From: Lama glama
Lineage: Eukaryota
Direction of reading: 5' to 3'
DNA length: 64,000 nucleotides
Assembly: GCA_028534125.1 (NCBI GenBank)
Contig: CM052818.1
Location: forward strand, 19,718,001 to 19,782,000
Shown: positions 62,348 to 64,000 of the stretch, piece by piece
Numbering within the stretch: position 1 is the stretch's first letter
Layout: each line of letters opens with the position of its first letter
Translations under genes and position numbers: made by a program
The notes under the pieces: model-generated
The model's input: the letters and a program-made list of their open reading frames with translations, nothing else
Databases searched by the model: none
Told to the model about the DNA's origin: nothing

Positions 62348-62762
62348 AACTCAAGCATCCACTGATAGATAAAAGGACAAACAACGTGAGATTCTATATA
62401 TATAACAGAATACATTTGGCCTTAAAGAAATTCTGACACATGCTACAACACGGATAAACCTTAAAGACCTTAAGCTAAGCGAAGCAAGCCAGTCACAAAA
62501 GGGCAAATATTGTCTGATTCCTTTAAATAAAATTCCTAGAGTAGTCAAATTCATAGAAAGTAGAATGGTGGTTGCCAGTGGCTTGGGGGAGGGAGTGACG
62601 GGGCATTAGGGTTTAATAAGTACAGAGTTTCTGTTGGGGAAGATAGAAAAGTTCTGGTAATGGATGGTGGGGAATGACTGCACAACAATGTGAATGTACT
62701 TAATGCCACACTTAAAAATGGTTAAAATGGTAACTTTTATGTATATTTTACCACAATTTAAA
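62348..62762 (+). mobile_element. L1MB-type 3' end
   Basis: 'gaaattctgacacatgctacaacacggataaacc...gccagtcacaaaagggcaaatattg...aaagtagaatggtggttgccag...cacttaaaaatggttaaaatggtaac'. Confidence 0.85.
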
Positions 62763-63129
62763 AAACCAGCATAACACAGAGAATATACAACCTTTTAAAT
62801 AACTGCGCTCTATCTGGGTGGTCAGTTTTGAGGCATTACTGGAAAGAAGCCATACCCTCTACTATTGGCAGTGTTCACTTCTCTCCACAAAGTGGAGAAA
62901 AAAAAAAGTTAAGTCTAAGAAGTGTTTATATAAGCAGTTTCCCTGTTCACACGCATATTTAAATAGTCACCTGCTTACGTCTGATAATTTTGCTATAATT
63001 TTCCTGAATACCTTTAGAAGTCCACGATCTGGTGAAGAGAGCAAATGAATTATAATACAACCCAAAAGCTAATTAGAGTGCTGTCGAGAACACAAAGCAC
63101 AAAGCAGCGACCTTTAGCTAGGGAAGTGT

Positions 63130-63558
63130 GGCGTGCTGCTGGGTGTACCTTTCTCCCTTTCTTCCATAATAATACAATTAGCTGGTACAGAGCCATCAAG
63201 AATAAAGACTATTTCCAGACCTTCCTTAGGACCAGTGACATGTAAGCAGATATGTAGTGCTGGGGCTTTAGGGAAATTTTAAAGAGACAGCTCACAAATG
63301 CTCTTAGACCCTTTTTTGTTCTTTGTACGCCACACTGTGTAAAACAGTGTGGACAGGCAGGACAAGGGTTAAATCTGAGAGATTCTGAAGCTGTGAGGTA
63401 GAAATTACTTCCCTCATGACTTCATAGAGCAGAGCTGTCACTTCAGCCCTACACTGCAAATTCCACTTTTACAGGAGAGAAATAAATTTCTCTCTTGTTT
63501 TTAGACCATTGTTATTTTGAAGGTTCTGTTCCTTGTCACAGTTCCTGATCCTAACAAT
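63130..63558 (+). mobile_element. MaLR solo LTR (MLT1J-like)
   Basis: 'ttctccctttcttccat...gaataaagactatttccagac', 'gagagaaataaatttctctcttgtttttagaccattgttattttg...tcctaac'. Confidence 0.7.
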
Positions 63559-64000
63559 GCGAGGGGTCAGGGAAGGCTTCACAGAAGAGGTGATTCTGAG
63601 CTAGGTTCTAAAAAATGAATAATTTTGTGCCAAGTAGAGAAAGGCATTTCAGGCAGAGAGAGTGCAACAGACTCAGGAAAAGGGTCTGGCTTTCAAAAGG
63701 TGAGGAGTAGTTCAGATGGCTAGAGTACAGGGTAGGTGGAGTGAAGTAAAAGAAAAAGCAACCTGAAAAGCTGGGAAGAAAGACTAAATGGTCTTACATG
63801 CCATGCTAAAAAAAGGTGCTTTTTATTCCTGAACTTGGTTGTATTAAATGACTGTGACTTCACAGATGATTCTCTGCATAGTCTAGAAGCGCCAAATGGC
63901 TCAGTCAGAAAACAAAAAAATGTAGATTAAGGTATGGTGAGGACAGGGTCAGGGAGAAAAAGGAAACCTCGTTTCTATTAAAGGCACACTATTATTTCCG

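Larger units (their letters stand above)
42762..64000 (-). other. SOCS5: SOCS5 intron (continues beyond the window)
   Basis: Lies upstream of the acceptor; repeat-rich and AT-rich with no CpG island, consistent with a distant non-coding first exon as known for mammalian SOCS5. Confidence 0.8.

Noticed and set aside
1..64000. CRISPR arrays, operons, prokaryotic defence systems, rRNA genes, CpG-island promoter
   Set aside because: None seen; the window is eutherian genomic DNA with no repeat-spacer arrays, gene clusters or CpG island.

Overview
Mammalian genomic DNA, most likely camelid: it carries four copies of a tRNA-Ala-derived SINE of the Vic-1 type and an artiodactyl-type L1 3' UTR. The only supportable protein-coding gene is SOCS5 on the minus strand. 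Its whole 536-aa CDS (41139-42749) lies in one terminal exon, with a splice acceptor at 42762/42761 and a long AU-rich 3' UTR dense in miRNA seed matches. Bases 42762-64000 are SOCS5 intron, and the promoter and first exon lie outside the window. Bases 1 to about 38000 are downstream intergenic DNA rich in transposon fossils (L1, L2, L3/CR1, MIR, MaLR/ERVL/ERV1/Gypsy LTRs, hAT and Tc1/mariner), with a 500-N assembly gap at 21298-21797. I found no convincing new multi-gene system. The most unusual items are: (1) a TSD-flanked, tailless retrocopy of the 5' half of tRNA-Glu(CTC) in the SOCS5 intron; (2) an unexplained ~65-bp segment present twice, 13.8 kb apart, each copy with a minus-strand splice donor; (3) a poly(A)-only insertion with a perfect 14-bp TSD; (4) an inverted SINE pair near the SOCS5 acceptor; (5) a four-level nested transposon stack and a chain of hAT MITEs sharing target sites. 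Repeat family names come from recalled consensus sequences, and old-repeat boundaries are approximate.
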